From: an uncultured Gemmatimonadaceae bacterium
GTDB lineage: Bacteria; Gemmatimonadota; Gemmatimonadetes; Gemmatimonadales; Gemmatimonadaceae
Length of the DNA stretch: 64,000 nucleotides
Direction of reading: 5' to 3'
Assembly (NCBI GenBank): GCA_963817955.1
Contig: CAWFQK010000003.1
Location: 64,001 to 128,000, forward strand
Part shown: piece after piece, positions 18,336 through 28,873 of the stretch
Numbering within the stretch: position 1 is the first letter of the stretch
Layout: each line of letters starts with the position of its first letter
Program-made: the position numbers and the translations under genes
Notes under the pieces: generated by a model
Databases searched by the model: none
Told to the model about the DNA's origin: nothing
Seen by the model: the letters and a program-made list of their open reading frames with translations, nothing else

Positions 18336-20975
18336 TTACGCCCGCTTCGCATCCTCGACGAGGCGTGCCAGGACAGTCAGCGCTTCGATCGGTGTCATGG
18401 CGTTCACGTCGAGAGACGTCAGGCGTTCCACCAGCGGGTGGCGCGCCGCGGCAAAGAGGCCGAGTTGGTCGGTGACGGGCGATACCCGTTGGACGGTGCG
18501 CAACGGCACACCCAGCTTCTCGCCACGGGCCAGTTGCTCGCCCTCGAGCAGGGCGAGGATTTCGCGGGCGCGGGCGATCACGGGCTGAGGCAGCCCGGCG
18601 AGCCGACCCACCTCTATGCCGTACGAGCGATCGGCGCCGCCTGGCTGGAGCCGGTGCAGGAACAGGATCTCATCGCCGGCTTCCCGCACCGCGACATTGT
18701 AGTTACGTAGCGCGGAGAGCTCGTCGGACAACTGCGTGAGCTCGTGATAGTGCGTGGCGAACACCGTCTTGCAGCCGATGTGCTCGTGCATGTGTTCGGT
18801 CACGGCCCAGGCGATGGAGACGCCGTCGTAGGTCGCCGTACCGCGACCGATCTCATCGAGCAGCACGAGACTCCGCGAGGTCGCCGTGTGCAGAATGGCG
18901 CTCGTCTCACTCATCTCCACCATGAACGTCGACTGCCCACGCACGAGGTTGTCGCTCGCACCCACGCGCGTGAAGATCCGATCAACCACACCAATATGCG
19001 CCGCGCTTGCCGGAACGAAGGAGCCGATCTGCGCCATCAACACGATCAGGCCAATCTGACGCAGCACCGTCGACTTACCGGCCATGTTCGGACCGGTGAG
19101 AATGATCATGCGCGCGCGTTCGTCGAGCAGCAGATCGTTGGGAATGAACTTGTCGCGCGGCATCATTCGCTCGACCACCGGATGCCGCCCCGCGTCGATG
19201 TCGAGCGTGAAGTCGTCGACGATCGTCGGCCGCACGTACCCTTCGCGTGCCGCCACTTCGGCGAACGTGCTCAGCACATCGAGCTCGGCGATCGCGCGCG
19301 CGATGCGCTGCAGGCGCCCCACCTCGCGCCCCGCCACCCCACGCACGGTCTCGAACAGCTCGCGCTCGCGCGTCTCGATGCGCTCGGCGGCATTGAGCAC
19401 GCGTTCCTCGTATTCCTTGAGCGCCTGCGTCACGTACCGCTCGCCTGACGTGATCGTCTGCCGTCGCTGATACTCCGGCGGTACCAGGTGCAGGTTGGCG
19501 TTGGTGACTTCGATGTAGTACCCAAACACCTTGTTGAAGCCGACCTTGAGCGATGAGATCCCGGTTCGCGTCCGCTCGTCGGCCTGAATGCGCGCGATCG
19601 CGTCCTTTCCACCGTCACGCAATTCGCGTAACTCGTCGAGCTCGCGGTCGAATCCGACCACGATGGTCGGCTCGTCGCCGATGCTCAGCGGCGGGCGCTC
19701 CACGAGCGTGGAGCCGATCTGTGACGCGAGCTCGGCGGCGTCATCCCAACCGCCCAGAATTTCGGCGAGCCGGCCAGACGTGCCGACGCGTTGCAAGGTC
19801 GCGGCGACAGCCGGGAGTGCAGCAAGCGAATCGCCGAGCGCACGAAGCTCGCGCGGCGTGCTGCGGCCCGAGGCCGCCTTCGCGGCAAGGCGCTCGACGT
19901 CGCGTACCTCGTCGATCGCTTCGCGCATCGCTTCGCGCGTCGTGACATCGGCGGCGAGGTTGGACACGGCGTCGAGCCGAGCATCGATGACGATGCGGTC
20001 GGTCAGTGGCGCAAGGATCCATTGGCGCAGCATGCGCGCGCCCATTGGCGTGCCGGTGCGATCGAGCACGGCAAGCAGCGTCCCGTCCACACCGCCGCCT
20101 CGTAGAGACTCCACCAACTCCAAATTGCGACGCGTCATCTCGTCGAGCGGCATCACGCCACCCAGCCGCTCGATGATCGGGCGCGCAAGCTGTGGCAGAC
20201 CTGCCGGCTGCAGTTCCCGCAGATATCGCAGCAGCGCACCAGCCGCGCCCACAACGAGCGCGTCGGTCGTGTCGATACCCAGCCCCTCGAGCGACAGCAC
20301 ACCGAACTGCCTCGCCAGATCCTCGCGCGCCAGCGGCTCGTCGAACTCCCACGCTTCGCGCTCGGTGATGAGCGCCTCCGCGCGCGACGCCGGTAGTGGA
20401 ACGTCGCTGTCCGTGGCCACGAGCAGCTCGCGAGGCGAGAGCCGAGCCATGAGCGGATCCAACTCGGCGACAATCGTAAGAATGAGCCGGAGCTCGCCGG
20501 TGGAGACGTCGGCGGCGGCGACGCCCACCAAGGCGTTGCTGGTTACTGGCGGCTGAGTGCTCCCTTTGCTGCGCGAACTGCAGAGCGCTACGATGAAATT
20601 ATTACGACCGCCATCGAGGAGATCGTCGGAGAAGGTGACCCCGGGCGTAACGGTCTCGATGACTTCGCGGCGGACGATGCCCTTGGCGAGTTTCGGGTCC
20701 TCCGTCTGTTCGCAGATGGCAACGCGGAACCCCTGTTGCACCAGGCGACGGATGTAGTCACCGGCCGCTTTGACCGGAACGCCGGCGAGCGGGACGTCCG
20801 ACGCACCCCCGTTGTTCCGAGATGTGAGCGTCAATCCGAGCACGCGCGCCGCAGTTTCGGCGTCGTCGAAGAACATCTCGTAGAACTCGCCCATCCGGAA
20901 GAACAGGATCGCGTTCTGATGGCGACCCTTGATCTCCCGGTACTGCTGCATGAGCGGCGTTTGCGTTACGGTCAC
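18336..20975 (-). CDS. mutS: DNA mismatch repair protein MutS
   Basis: TPLMQQY, FYEMF, TGPNMAGKST, DEIGRGT, C-terminal QLGLF. Confidence 0.97.
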   Translation of the reverse strand: MTVTQTPLMQQYREIKGRHQNAILFFRMGEFYEMFFDDAETAARVLGLTLTSRNNGGASDVPLAGVPVKAAGDYIRRLVQQGFRVAICEQTEDPKLAKGIVRREVIETVTPGVTFSDDLLDGGRNNFIVALCSSRSKGSTQPPVTSNALVGVAAADVSTGELRLILTIVAELDPLMARLSPRELLVATDSDVPLPASRAEALITEREAWEFDEPLAREDLARQFGVLSLEGLGIDTTDALVVGAAGALLRYLRELQPAGLPQLARPIIERLGGVMPLDEMTRRNLELVESLRGGGVDGTLLAVLDRTGTPMGARMLRQWILAPLTDRIVIDARLDAVSNLAADVTTREAMREAIDEVRDVERLAAKAASGRSTPRELRALGDSLAALPAVAATLQRVGTSGRLAEILGGWDDAAELASQIGSTLVERPPLSIGDEPTIVVGFDRELDELRELRDGGKDAIARIQADERTRTGISSLKVGFNKVFGYYIEVTNANLHLVPPEYQRRQTITSGERYVTQALKEYEERVLNAAERIETRERELFETVRGVAGREVGRLQRIARAIAELDVLSTFAEVAAREGYVRPTIVDDFTLDIDAGRHPVVERMMPRDKFIPNDLLLDERARMIILTGPNMAGKSTVLRQIGLIVLMAQIGSFVPASAAHIGVVDRIFTRVGASDNLVRGQSTFMVEMSETSAILHTATSRSLVLLDEIGRGTATYDGVSIAWAVTEHMHEHIGCKTVFATHYHELTQLSDELSALRNYNVAVREAGDEILFLHRLQPGGADRSYGIEVGRLAGLPQPVIARAREILALLEGEQLARGEKLGVPLRTVQRVSPVTDQLGLFAAARHPLVERLTSLDVNAMTPIEALTVLARLVEDAKRA

Positions 20976-21883
20976 CTGTCGTCCGCTTCCGCTTCAATCA
21001 CGATGGTGTCGATCTTCTTGATCTTGAGCTGCTCGGCGGCGGCAGCGGCAGCGCTTCGCGTTTGATAACGTCCGATGCGCACGCGGTACAGCGTCTTCGT
21101 GGCGGCAACGCGCGCGTCGAGGCCGCGTGATACGAGCTTCTTTACGAGGAGCTCCGCGTCGGGGCGCGACTTGTACGCTGCCACCTGAAGCGTGTACCGT
21201 CCCTTCACGGCATGCGCCGCCGAAGAATCGCGAATCCCCGCCCCGCGCGGCGGCGCGGGGTGCGAGGCGGGCGCGACGGGCGAGGCCGTCGTGTCGACGC
21301 CAACGCAACGCGGCGAGTAGTACTGCAACTGGTTGCGCAGTTCTACGACGGTGTCCGGGACATTGGCGAGCGCGCGCTCCAGCGCGGCACATCCGTGCAC
21401 GGCGTCGTTCTCCTCGAAGGCCACGCGCACGAGCAGGAGGTTTGCTCGATCGTGGTCCGGATGCTTTGGATTCTCGAACAGGAATCGCTCGAGATGCATT
21501 GCGGCCGCCGCCCGATCGCCGCGCGCGACCTCGAGCTGCGCGAGCTGAAACAGCGCGTCACCTGCCTTGGCTGACAGCGGGTACTCGACGACAATTCGAC
21601 GATAGTCACGCTCGGCATCGTCGCTCGTGGCCGCCAGCGCGGCGCGCCAGTAGAGGGCATCGGCATAGCGCGGCAAGGCCGGGTCGGTCGACGCAACGAC
21701 GGAGTCGACCAACATGCGCCCGGCGGCGCCGTTGCCGCTCACGACAAGCTGTCGTGCACGCGCAAAGATGGCGGAGTCGGAGTTGGCCCGCTGCGCTTGC
21801 GCGGCGCCGACGGCGAAGATGCTGAGGAACGCGGCGATGCGGAGATTCTTCGCTGCGCTCAGAATGACAGGTATGTCGAGCAT
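20972..21883 (-). CDS. TPR + SPOR domain protein (start uncertain)
   Basis: Signal peptide, TPR-like helices, YTLQVAAY and YRVRIG SPOR motifs. Confidence 0.85.
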   Translation of the reverse strand: MLDIPVILSAAKNLRIAAFLSIFAVGAAQAQRANSDSAIFARARQLVVSGNGAAGRMLVDSVVASTDPALPRYADALYWRAALAATSDDAERDYRRIVVEYPLSAKAGDALFQLAQLEVARGDRAAAAMHLERFLFENPKHPDHDRANLLLVRVAFEENDAVHGCAALERALANVPDTVVELRNQLQYYSPRCVGVDTTASPVAPASHPAPPRGAGIRDSSAAHAVKGRYTLQVAAYKSRPDAELLVKKLVSRGLDARVAATKTLYRVRIGRYQTRSAAAAAAEQLKIKKIDTIVIEAEADDR

Positions 21884-22956
21884 CAGACCGCCCGGCGACG
21901 TTGAGGGCCGTCGCACAACGAGAAAACCAGAGTGGAGAGCAGCTGTTCGTCGGACGACAGACGTGTTCCCTTGAGGGCCGCGTCAGCGGCAAGCAGTGCA
22001 TTGAGCGCGTCGTCGACGTTTTGCGTGGTCCAGACGTCCGAGGCGCGTGCGCAGGTGGAGACGAACTCACCCCACGAGCGGCCGGTGTACACCGATCCAG
22101 ACTCTTTCAGGAGGCTGAACAGGTCGCCGCTCAACTTGGCGGGCGACGTTCCACGCTCGCGAGCGGCCTGCGCCCAACCGATGACGAGTGTCTGCGCAGT
22201 GAGCGCCATGACGGTCGTGACGGCACTTGTCTTCGGTTGCTGCAGCACGTGGCCGAGCATACCGAGTGCGCTCGTGGCGTCGCGCTTTGCAATGGCGTCG
22301 AGGAAGTCACCCATCGTCTCGCCCGGACGCACGCCGACGACGGCCGACACGGCCGCTTCATTGATTGCTCCGCCGCCCGCATAGCTTGCGGCCTTATCGA
22401 GCTCGATCCGGAGCTGCGCGAGGTCGGTGCCTGCAGCTTCCTGCAGCAGCGTCACGGCACCATCGGTGATCGTGGTGCCAAGGTCATGCTCGGCGTAATA
22501 CGAAATCCACTTCGGGATGCGGGCGCCACTCAGCGGCTCGAATTCGACCGCGGTCGTGGCGCTCACCAAGCCCTTGTCCGCCTTCGCGCCCGCCGGCGCA
22601 ACGAGCAGGAGCAATAGATCGGGCGCGGGTTTCTTCAGATACTTGTCGAGCATCGCGCGCGCGTCCTTCTTCAACGCGTTCACGTCGCGAACGACGACGA
22701 CGCGCCGATCGGCCATCATCGGCGGCGTGCTCACCATTGTCCCGAGCGTCTCCGCGTCGAGATCGCCGCCACGCAGCATTTCGAAATTGAAATCCCGCGT
22801 AGCCGAATCGACCGCCGCATCGATGGCGCGCTTGAGCTCCTCGTTCTTGAGGTAGTCGTCCTCGCCGTACAGATAGTACGCCGGAGCGAACTTCTGCTCC
22901 CGGATCGCGGTACGGAGAGGTTTGGCGTCTGCGGTGGTAGAGCGCGGAGGGGACAT
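21883..22956 (-). CDS. holA: DNA polymerase III delta subunit
   Basis: YYLYGEDDYL, DFNF, PMMADRRVVVV, ELDK. Confidence 0.9.
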   Translation of the reverse strand: MSPPRSTTADAKPLRTAIREQKFAPAYYLYGEDDYLKNEELKRAIDAAVDSATRDFNFEMLRGGDLDAETLGTMVSTPPMMADRRVVVVRDVNALKKDARAMLDKYLKKPAPDLLLLLVAPAGAKADKGLVSATTAVEFEPLSGARIPKWISYYAEHDLGTTITDGAVTLLQEAAGTDLAQLRIELDKAASYAGGGAINEAAVSAVVGVRPGETMGDFLDAIAKRDATSALGMLGHVLQQPKTSAVTTVMALTAQTLVIGWAQAARERGTSPAKLSGDLFSLLKESGSVYTGRSWGEFVSTCARASDVWTTQNVDDALNALLAADAALKGTRLSSDEQLLSTLVFSLCDGPQRRRAV

Positions 22957-23055
22957 GCCGAGGAATATACGAATCGACACGGCTATCGGCTGCAGTTGGC
23001 GGCTGCAGTTGGCGGCTGTCTCCATCAGTCGCTCCTTGCGAACCGACGAGCAGAG

Positions 23056-23601
23056 CTAGCGCGTCGTCCGCTCCGTCTCGCGAAAGTCCATGTTCGCGAA
23101 GTGCATCGGGGCCTGACCGACCATGAGCACCGCCGGCCAGACGGGCATTCCCGTCGACACAGACGCAACGAACGCAGCGTTTGCCATCGGCACCGCAACC
23201 GGCATTTCAGGCGCACTCGCGACCATGGGCGTGACGGGCAGATCCTGCTGAGGCGCGTAGTAGTGCGTGGTCTCGATCGCCATGTACGCCACAACCGCAA
23301 TTCCGGCGGCGAGCGCGCTGAAGGCGCCAACCGAAACCAGTAGGGATCGCCGCGCGACCACATCCGCGCGGGAGACAGGGCCGAGCTGGTCGATCCGCAC
23401 GTTGAGGCGTGCCATGAAGTCCGGCGACGGCTGCACCAACGGCAGACTATGTACGAGCATCAGGCTCCGACGAACCGCAACATCCTGACGCGAGCAGCGG
23501 GGACATACCTCCACGTGCTGCTGCATGGCCCGCATCTGAACTGTGGGAAGCAGATCATCCACATATGCGACATGCTTGCACCGAAACTCACGACAATCCA
23601 T
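23056..23601 (-). CDS. zf-HC2 anti-sigma factor
   Basis: MDCREF...HVEVCPRC plus TM helix, downstream of ECF sigma. Confidence 0.85.
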   Translation of the reverse strand: MDCREFRCKHVAYVDDLLPTVQMRAMQQHVEVCPRCSRQDVAVRRSLMLVHSLPLVQPSPDFMARLNVRIDQLGPVSRADVVARRSLLVSVGAFSALAAGIAVVAYMAIETTHYYAPQQDLPVTPMVASAPEMPVAVPMANAAFVASVSTGMPVWPAVLMVGQAPMHFANMDFRETERTTR

Positions 23602-23692
23602 CAGAACGGCTCGATAAGTAGGTCAGTGGAAGGTACCCGAATGCCGGTACGCAGTTCCTCACCTGATCGCCTGGATCGACTGCCCGACAACG

Positions 23693-23720
23693 AAAAGAGG
23701 GAGGCCAAACTGGCCTCCCC
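23693..23720 (-). terminator. Intrinsic terminator between ECF sigma and anti-sigma
   Basis: GGGAGGCCA-GTT-TGGCCTCCC-TCTTTT on minus strand. Confidence 0.65.
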
Positions 23721-23741
23721 CGATCGTTCCCCTTCCCATTT

Positions 23742-24377
23742 TCAGTCGATTTTCGGTTCGATTATCGACGCGAACGCCGTTCGCGCCCGATTCAGCCGCG
23801 ACTTGACCGTTCCAAGATTGCAGTCTGTGATCTCCGCGATCTCCTCGTACGATTTTCCCTCGAGCTCGCGCAGCACAAACACTTGCCGGTGGTGTTCCGG
23901 CAGCTTCCCCACGGTGTCTTCAACCAGCTCCCGCAGGTGGCGCTTGCGGTACAGGTCGTCGGGCCTAGCCGAGGTGTCTTCGAACTGCAGCGGCCGGTCT
24001 TCGTCGTCCCAGTTGCCCTTGATCGTCTGGAAGAGCACGAGCGGGTTGCGGGAACGGTTGCGCAGTTCGTTCTTGGCCAGGTTCGACGCGATCGTATATA
24101 CCCAAGTCGAAAATTTCTTCGACCGATCAAAGCGATGAATGTGGCGATACACGCGGATGAAGACCTCCTGAACGAGATCCTCGGCTTTTTCCCGATCGCC
24201 GATCGTGCGATAAATGAAGTTGAGCAGCCGCGTCTGGTATCGCTCAACCAACTCCTGGAACGCACGCTCCTCGCCGCCTAGAAACGCGGTGACTACCGCG
24301 CCATCCTCGAGTGACCGGAGCATTTCGCGCGTCGCCGACCCTGGCAACTGCGCCCGTTTGATTGCGACCTCAGCCAT
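23742..24377 (-). CDS. ECF sigma-70 factor (RpoE-like)
   Basis: AEDLVQEVF, FSTWVYTIA, SYEEIA, GTVKSRLNRAR. Confidence 0.94.
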   Translation of the reverse strand: MAEVAIKRAQLPGSATREMLRSLEDGAVVTAFLGGEERAFQELVERYQTRLLNFIYRTIGDREKAEDLVQEVFIRVYRHIHRFDRSKKFSTWVYTIASNLAKNELRNRSRNPLVLFQTIKGNWDDEDRPLQFEDTSARPDDLYRKRHLRELVEDTVGKLPEHHRQVFVLRELEGKSYEEIAEITDCNLGTVKSRLNRARTAFASIIEPKID

Positions 24378-24663
24378 TTTAGCCGTGCTCCTTTGGCACT
24401 GCTTCAGGGTAGAACCCCAATAGACAGAACCGATCCGCTTGCTGATCCCAGCCAGTGCCCCTTTTCCGAGTACTTGGAAAGGCAGGCCCCGTGCCCGCTG
24501 GATGACGCCTGGAGCAAATGCCTAACACATTGGTATTGAATGTCTTAGGCGATTAGCCGCCAACGGCGGGAAGCCGGGATATGTCCTGAATATGCGACGA
24601 TCAGGTGGGACAGACCCCTATCGTGTGTCCCGGTTTTGACACACGTGCGGTGTAAGGGGTTGC

Positions 24664-25251
24664 CTACTGGCCGGCGCGAAATCCTGCGGCGAAGAGGATT
24701 CCGACTGCCGTCTTGCCGTCCTTGATCACACCCTCGCGGATCAGTTGCAGCGCACGCGACAGGGTGACCGTCTCCAGCGTGATGAACTCATCCGCTTCGC
24801 GCGCGTGCTCCCCGTGCTCCAGTCCCACTGCCATGAAGAGGTGGATGCGCTCGTCGGTGAAGCCTGGAGTCGTGTAGATCGTTGTGAGGAACTCGACGCG
24901 CGCGGCAGTGCAGCCGGTTTCTTCGCGTAGCTCGCGAATGGCGCAATCGCGCGGATCCTCGCCAGCGTCAAGCCGCCCGGCGGGAATCTCGTACAGGAAC
25001 TGCTCGGCGGCGTAGCGATACTGCTTGAGCAGCAGGATCTGCGGATCGTCGCCCGTGGGATCGCTGAGAAATGGGACGACAGCGCTCGCGCCGGGGTGTC
25101 GGATCATCTCCATCTGCCCGATTGATCCGTCGGGAAAACGGACCGTGTCTTGATCGAGATTGATGATCCTGCCGGTGTGCAGACGCTGACTGATGATCTT
25201 TCCCGGCTCCGCCTGTTGCGACACGCTGCTTTGCGGCTCGTCTGGTGTCAT
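24664..25251 (-). CDS. NUDIX hydrolase, ADP-ribose pyrophosphatase-like
   Basis: QYRY, EIPAG, Nudix box AIRELREETG, TPGFTDE. Confidence 0.92.
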   Translation of the reverse strand: MTPDEPQSSVSQQAEPGKIISQRLHTGRIINLDQDTVRFPDGSIGQMEMIRHPGASAVVPFLSDPTGDDPQILLLKQYRYAAEQFLYEIPAGRLDAGEDPRDCAIRELREETGCTAARVEFLTTIYTTPGFTDERIHLFMAVGLEHGEHAREADEFITLETVTLSRALQLIREGVIKDGKTAVGILFAAGFRAGQ

Positions 25252-26633
25252 GCCGTCAATTGGCCGACGGTATCGTACAACGTCATCGGGCCGAAACCGA
25301 GCTTGTCGAGCGACCCGGACACGGCAGCTGGATCGCCGACGACAAGCATCTGCAATGCTTCGGGATGAAGATGCATCTGTGCCGCCTGGAGGATCTGCTC
25401 GACGGTTACGGCTCGCACGCGCTCGCGATACCGGTCGTAGTAGTCGTCGGGTAATGCGTGCACCACTAAGAGGCTGAGCGCCGCGGCAATCGCGGACGTC
25501 GTCTCAAAACGGAGGGGAAAGACGCCGTCGAGATAGCTGGTCGCCAGCGACAGTTCCTCGGGTGCAATCGGCTCGGCCCGGATGCGGTCAATCTCGAGCA
25601 ACACTTCGCGCGCCGCCGCGTCGGTCACGTCGGACTTTACCGCCGTGGAGACGAGGAATGGTCCCGCTTGACGCCGCCATTCGAACGCGGAGGACGCTCC
25701 GTAGGTATATCCGTGCGCCTCGCGCAGGTTGAGATTGATTCGCGAGTTGAACAGCCCGCCGAGCACCGCGTTCATGACGTTGACCGGAAAGTAGTCCGGA
25801 TGATTGCGCGGAATGCCAACGTGGCCAATACGCAGCTCCGACTGCGGTGCGTCGTCCTTGGCGACGATGTGCACCGCGCGCTCCAGACGGGCCGGCATGT
25901 CATCGGCGACGACGCGCGGCGGCGCGCCGCCCTTCCAGCTGCCGAATTCGCGACGCGTCATCTCTTCGGCTTGTGCCACCGTCACATCCCCGGTGACAAT
26001 GACCGTCACGCCGCCGGGACGATAGCGCGATTCATAGAACAACAGGATGTGCTCGCGTTGAATGGCGTCGACGCTCTTCTCGTCCCCGCCCTCTGGGTGC
26101 GCGTATCGCGATGCAGGCGTGAAGAGAAAGCGCGAGAACATTTCGTCGGCAAGGCCGCGCGGCTCGGCGCGGAGCTGCAGCAGTTCGGCGCGACGTTCGG
26201 CTTTGAGTCGCTCCACCTCACGCATACGGAAGGCCGGGGTCCGAAGTACCTCCCCCACGAGCGCGAACGCCGCGGGAAGATGTTCGGACAGTGCCGTCAT
26301 CGTGACGGTCGTCGCGTCCCAATCGGCGTGTGCATCGATGGACGCGCCGAGCCGCTCGAATCGTTCGGTGAGTTCGGCACCGTCGCTCTTTTCGGTACCT
26401 TCAATGAGGAGCTTGGCTGCGAGCTGTGCCGTGCCCTCACGACCGGCAGGATCGCAGACCGCGCCGCCGTCGACGAGCACGACCACTGTGACGAGCGGCA
26501 GCTTGGGCACGGGCGCCACGATCAGTTCGAGGCCGTTGTCGAGCGTACGCCGCTCGAAGCGAGGAAAATGATAGACGCGCGGGGGCCCGGGCTGCGGGCG
26601 GACCGACGTTGGATCAGCCATGGTGGTGCTCAT
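25248..26633 (-). CDS. M16 family peptidase, non-catalytic-type subunit
   Basis: M16 fold motifs, SRINLNLRE..GYTYG, no HxxEH. Confidence 0.88.
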   Translation of the reverse strand: MSTTMADPTSVRPQPGPPRVYHFPRFERRTLDNGLELIVAPVPKLPLVTVVVLVDGGAVCDPAGREGTAQLAAKLLIEGTEKSDGAELTERFERLGASIDAHADWDATTVTMTALSEHLPAAFALVGEVLRTPAFRMREVERLKAERRAELLQLRAEPRGLADEMFSRFLFTPASRYAHPEGGDEKSVDAIQREHILLFYESRYRPGGVTVIVTGDVTVAQAEEMTRREFGSWKGGAPPRVVADDMPARLERAVHIVAKDDAPQSELRIGHVGIPRNHPDYFPVNVMNAVLGGLFNSRINLNLREAHGYTYGASSAFEWRRQAGPFLVSTAVKSDVTDAAAREVLLEIDRIRAEPIAPEELSLATSYLDGVFPLRFETTSAIAAALSLLVVHALPDDYYDRYRERVRAVTVEQILQAAQMHLHPEALQMLVVGDPAAVSGSLDKLGFGPMTLYDTVGQLTA

Positions 26634-27943
26634 TGTGCCTCCGCTGCTGCGCCAGCACCAATGAGCTCGCCGGGGGCCAGGTCGCGCGGCACGTAAAGAA
26701 GACTGGCGCGGTTGTTCTCGCCCAGCCGCTCATGAATGAAGGCGTTGACGCGGCTGGTGGTCACAGAGTGGTAGCGTTCCACTTCTTGGTTGATCAGCTC
26801 TGGTTTGCCGAAATATGTGGCGAAGAGCGACAGACGATCGGCACGCTCTCCGGCCTCCTGCATTGCTGACACGAACGCCGTCTGAATGAGTGCGGCGGCG
26901 CGTTCGACCTCGCCGTCATTGACGCCGTCACGCACCACAGTGTCGATCTCGGACGCCACTTCCTGCTCGAGCTGCTCGGCCGGCACGCCGGGCCGGGCCG
27001 TCACGTCGACGACAAGGATGTCAGCGCCCTTGGAGAGATCGTACGTGAACGCCGATGCCTCGGCTGCCACTTGTCGTTCGCGTACCAATCGGCGGCGGAG
27101 CCGGCTCCCGTTGCGCAGACCGAGAATGGCTCCGCAGACGCTCGCCGCGTAGTACTCCTCCGTTCCGAACGCCGGCGTGCGAAACGCGAGGAAGAGGCGA
27201 GGGAGCATGATGTCGTCGGGCACGACCTCGCGTTTCCATTGTCCGAACACGGGCGGCAGGGACATATCGGGCAGCGGCGGCTTGCCTTTGCCGCGCGGGA
27301 TGCCGCCAAAGTGCTTCTCGACGAGACGACGCGCGTCAACCGGATCGAAGTCACCGGCAATCGACAACACCGCGTTCTCCGGCGCATAGAACGTGGAGAA
27401 GAACTGTGCGACGTCGTCAAGGCTCGCCGCGGCAAGGTCTTCCATTGAGCCCATCAATGAATGATGGAACGGGTGCGCATCGGGAAAGCAGAGCGCCGGG
27501 AGCTTTTCCATCCAGGTGCCGTACGGCTGGTTGTCGATCGACCAACGGCGCTCGTTCATCACCACGTCGCGCTGGGTGTCGAGCTTCTGCTGGGTCATGG
27601 CTGGCAGCAGCTTGCCCATGCGGTTGGCCTCGAGCCAAAGCGCGAGCTCGAGCTGATTCGACGGCACGGTCTCGAAGTAGTTCGTGCGCTCGAGCCAGGT
27701 CGAACCATTGAGCGTGCCACCGGCGCGCTGGACGAGCTCGAAATGCTCGTTCGCCTGCACGTCGGCAGATCCCTGAAACAGCATATGCTCGAACAGGTGC
27801 GCAAAGCCGGTGCGTCCGGCGGGTTCGTTCGCGGACCCCACGTGATACCAGAGATTGACCGCGACGAGCGGTGCAATGTGGTCTTCCGAGAAGGTGACGA
27901 ATAGCCCGTTGGCCAACTGGAACGTTTCGATCGGTATGCGCAT
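26630..27943 (-). CDS. M16 family zinc peptidase, catalytic subunit
   Basis: GFAHLFEHMLFQGS, TNYFET, VMNERR. Confidence 0.92.
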   Translation of the reverse strand: MRIPIETFQLANGLFVTFSEDHIAPLVAVNLWYHVGSANEPAGRTGFAHLFEHMLFQGSADVQANEHFELVQRAGGTLNGSTWLERTNYFETVPSNQLELALWLEANRMGKLLPAMTQQKLDTQRDVVMNERRWSIDNQPYGTWMEKLPALCFPDAHPFHHSLMGSMEDLAAASLDDVAQFFSTFYAPENAVLSIAGDFDPVDARRLVEKHFGGIPRGKGKPPLPDMSLPPVFGQWKREVVPDDIMLPRLFLAFRTPAFGTEEYYAASVCGAILGLRNGSRLRRRLVRERQVAAEASAFTYDLSKGADILVVDVTARPGVPAEQLEQEVASEIDTVVRDGVNDGEVERAAALIQTAFVSAMQEAGERADRLSLFATYFGKPELINQEVERYHSVTTSRVNAFIHERLGENNRASLLYVPRDLAPGELIGAGAAAEAQ

Positions 27944-27952
27944 CGCTCTAAA

Positions 27953-28873
27953 TTGCACTGTTGTGGCGATCACAGGAACCCTGTTATCGATGCCTTGGCA
28001 AGATCCCGTGCGACACAAGTGTTCTCGCTACTCGTAGTCGGACTGGTCCTGATCTACGCCGGGCTGCTGCTGGTGCTCTGGCGATTCCAGGAGCAGGTGG
28101 TGTTTCAACCGCCAAAAAGCCTCGGCGCATCGCCAGTGCCAGCCCGTCAGGTGCACTATCGCGCGTCCGACGGGGTCGATCTATTCGCTTACGTCGTAGG
28201 CGACGACACGTCCCACGGTACGGTACTGCTCGCCTTCCATGGCAACGCCGAGGTGTCACGTTGGCTCGTGCCGTGGGCCATAGAGGTTTCACGCCTGACC
28301 GACGCGTGCGTGGTGCTGCCAGAGTACCGTGGTTACGACGGACTCTCCGGCGTTCCGTCATACGAGGCTTCTGGTCGAGACGCCCGTGCGGCGCTCGCGT
28401 ACGTGCGAGACAGCCTGCGCGTGGCTCCAGCAAACACGGTGTACTTTGGACATTCGCTCGGGAGCGCCATCGCCGCCGAGCTCGCCGCAGTAGATCCCCC
28501 ACGCGCGCTCGTGCTGCAAGCCCCATTCTCGTCGGCGCGCGAAATGGCTGCACGCCTGATCGTGCCTGGCCTGAGCGCGCTCTGGAGGTTCATCTCGCGC
28601 GTGCACTTCGACACGTTCACGCGCGTGCGGCTGATGTCACTACCCGTTTCGGTGGCGCACGGGGACAGGGATATCATCGTACCCGTTCACATGGGGCGCG
28701 CCGTGTTCAACGCAGCGCGCGAAAAGGGCGAGCTGCTCGTCATCCACGGGGCAGGACACAACGACATAGCCGCGGTGGGCGGGGCAGACTATTGGCGTTG
28801 GCTGGCTGGTGCCGTACGCGGGGGATCGACTATGGCTCGCGCCGTTCAAGCAGAAAGGAGATCGGCGCCTTGA
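27953..28873 (+). CDS. Alpha/beta hydrolase (ABHD13/YfhR-like; start uncertain)
   Basis: FHGNAE, EYRGYD, GHSLG, HGDRD, GAGHND. Confidence 0.88.
   Translation: MHCCGDHRNPVIDALARSRATQVFSLLVVGLVLIYAGLLLVLWRFQEQVVFQPPKSLGASPVPARQVHYRASDGVDLFAYVVGDDTSHGTVLLAFHGNAEVSRWLVPWAIEVSRLTDACVVLPEYRGYDGLSGVPSYEASGRDARAALAYVRDSLRVAPANTVYFGHSLGSAIAAELAAVDPPRALVLQAPFSSAREMAARLIVPGLSALWRFISRVHFDTFTRVRLMSLPVSVAHGDRDIIVPVHMGRAVFNAAREKGELLVIHGAGHNDIAAVGGADYWRWLAGAVRGGSTMARAVQAERRSAP

Noticed and set aside
14009..20556. Long antisense ORFs (e.g. 14756-15595, 16693-17823, 19588-20556) and similar ones elsewhere
   Set aside because: Shadow frames of real genes in high-GC DNA, with no motifs
22988..23019. 13-bp tandem CGGCTGCAGTTGG x2.5 as a regulatory array
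   Set aside because: Too short and seen only once; likely slippage
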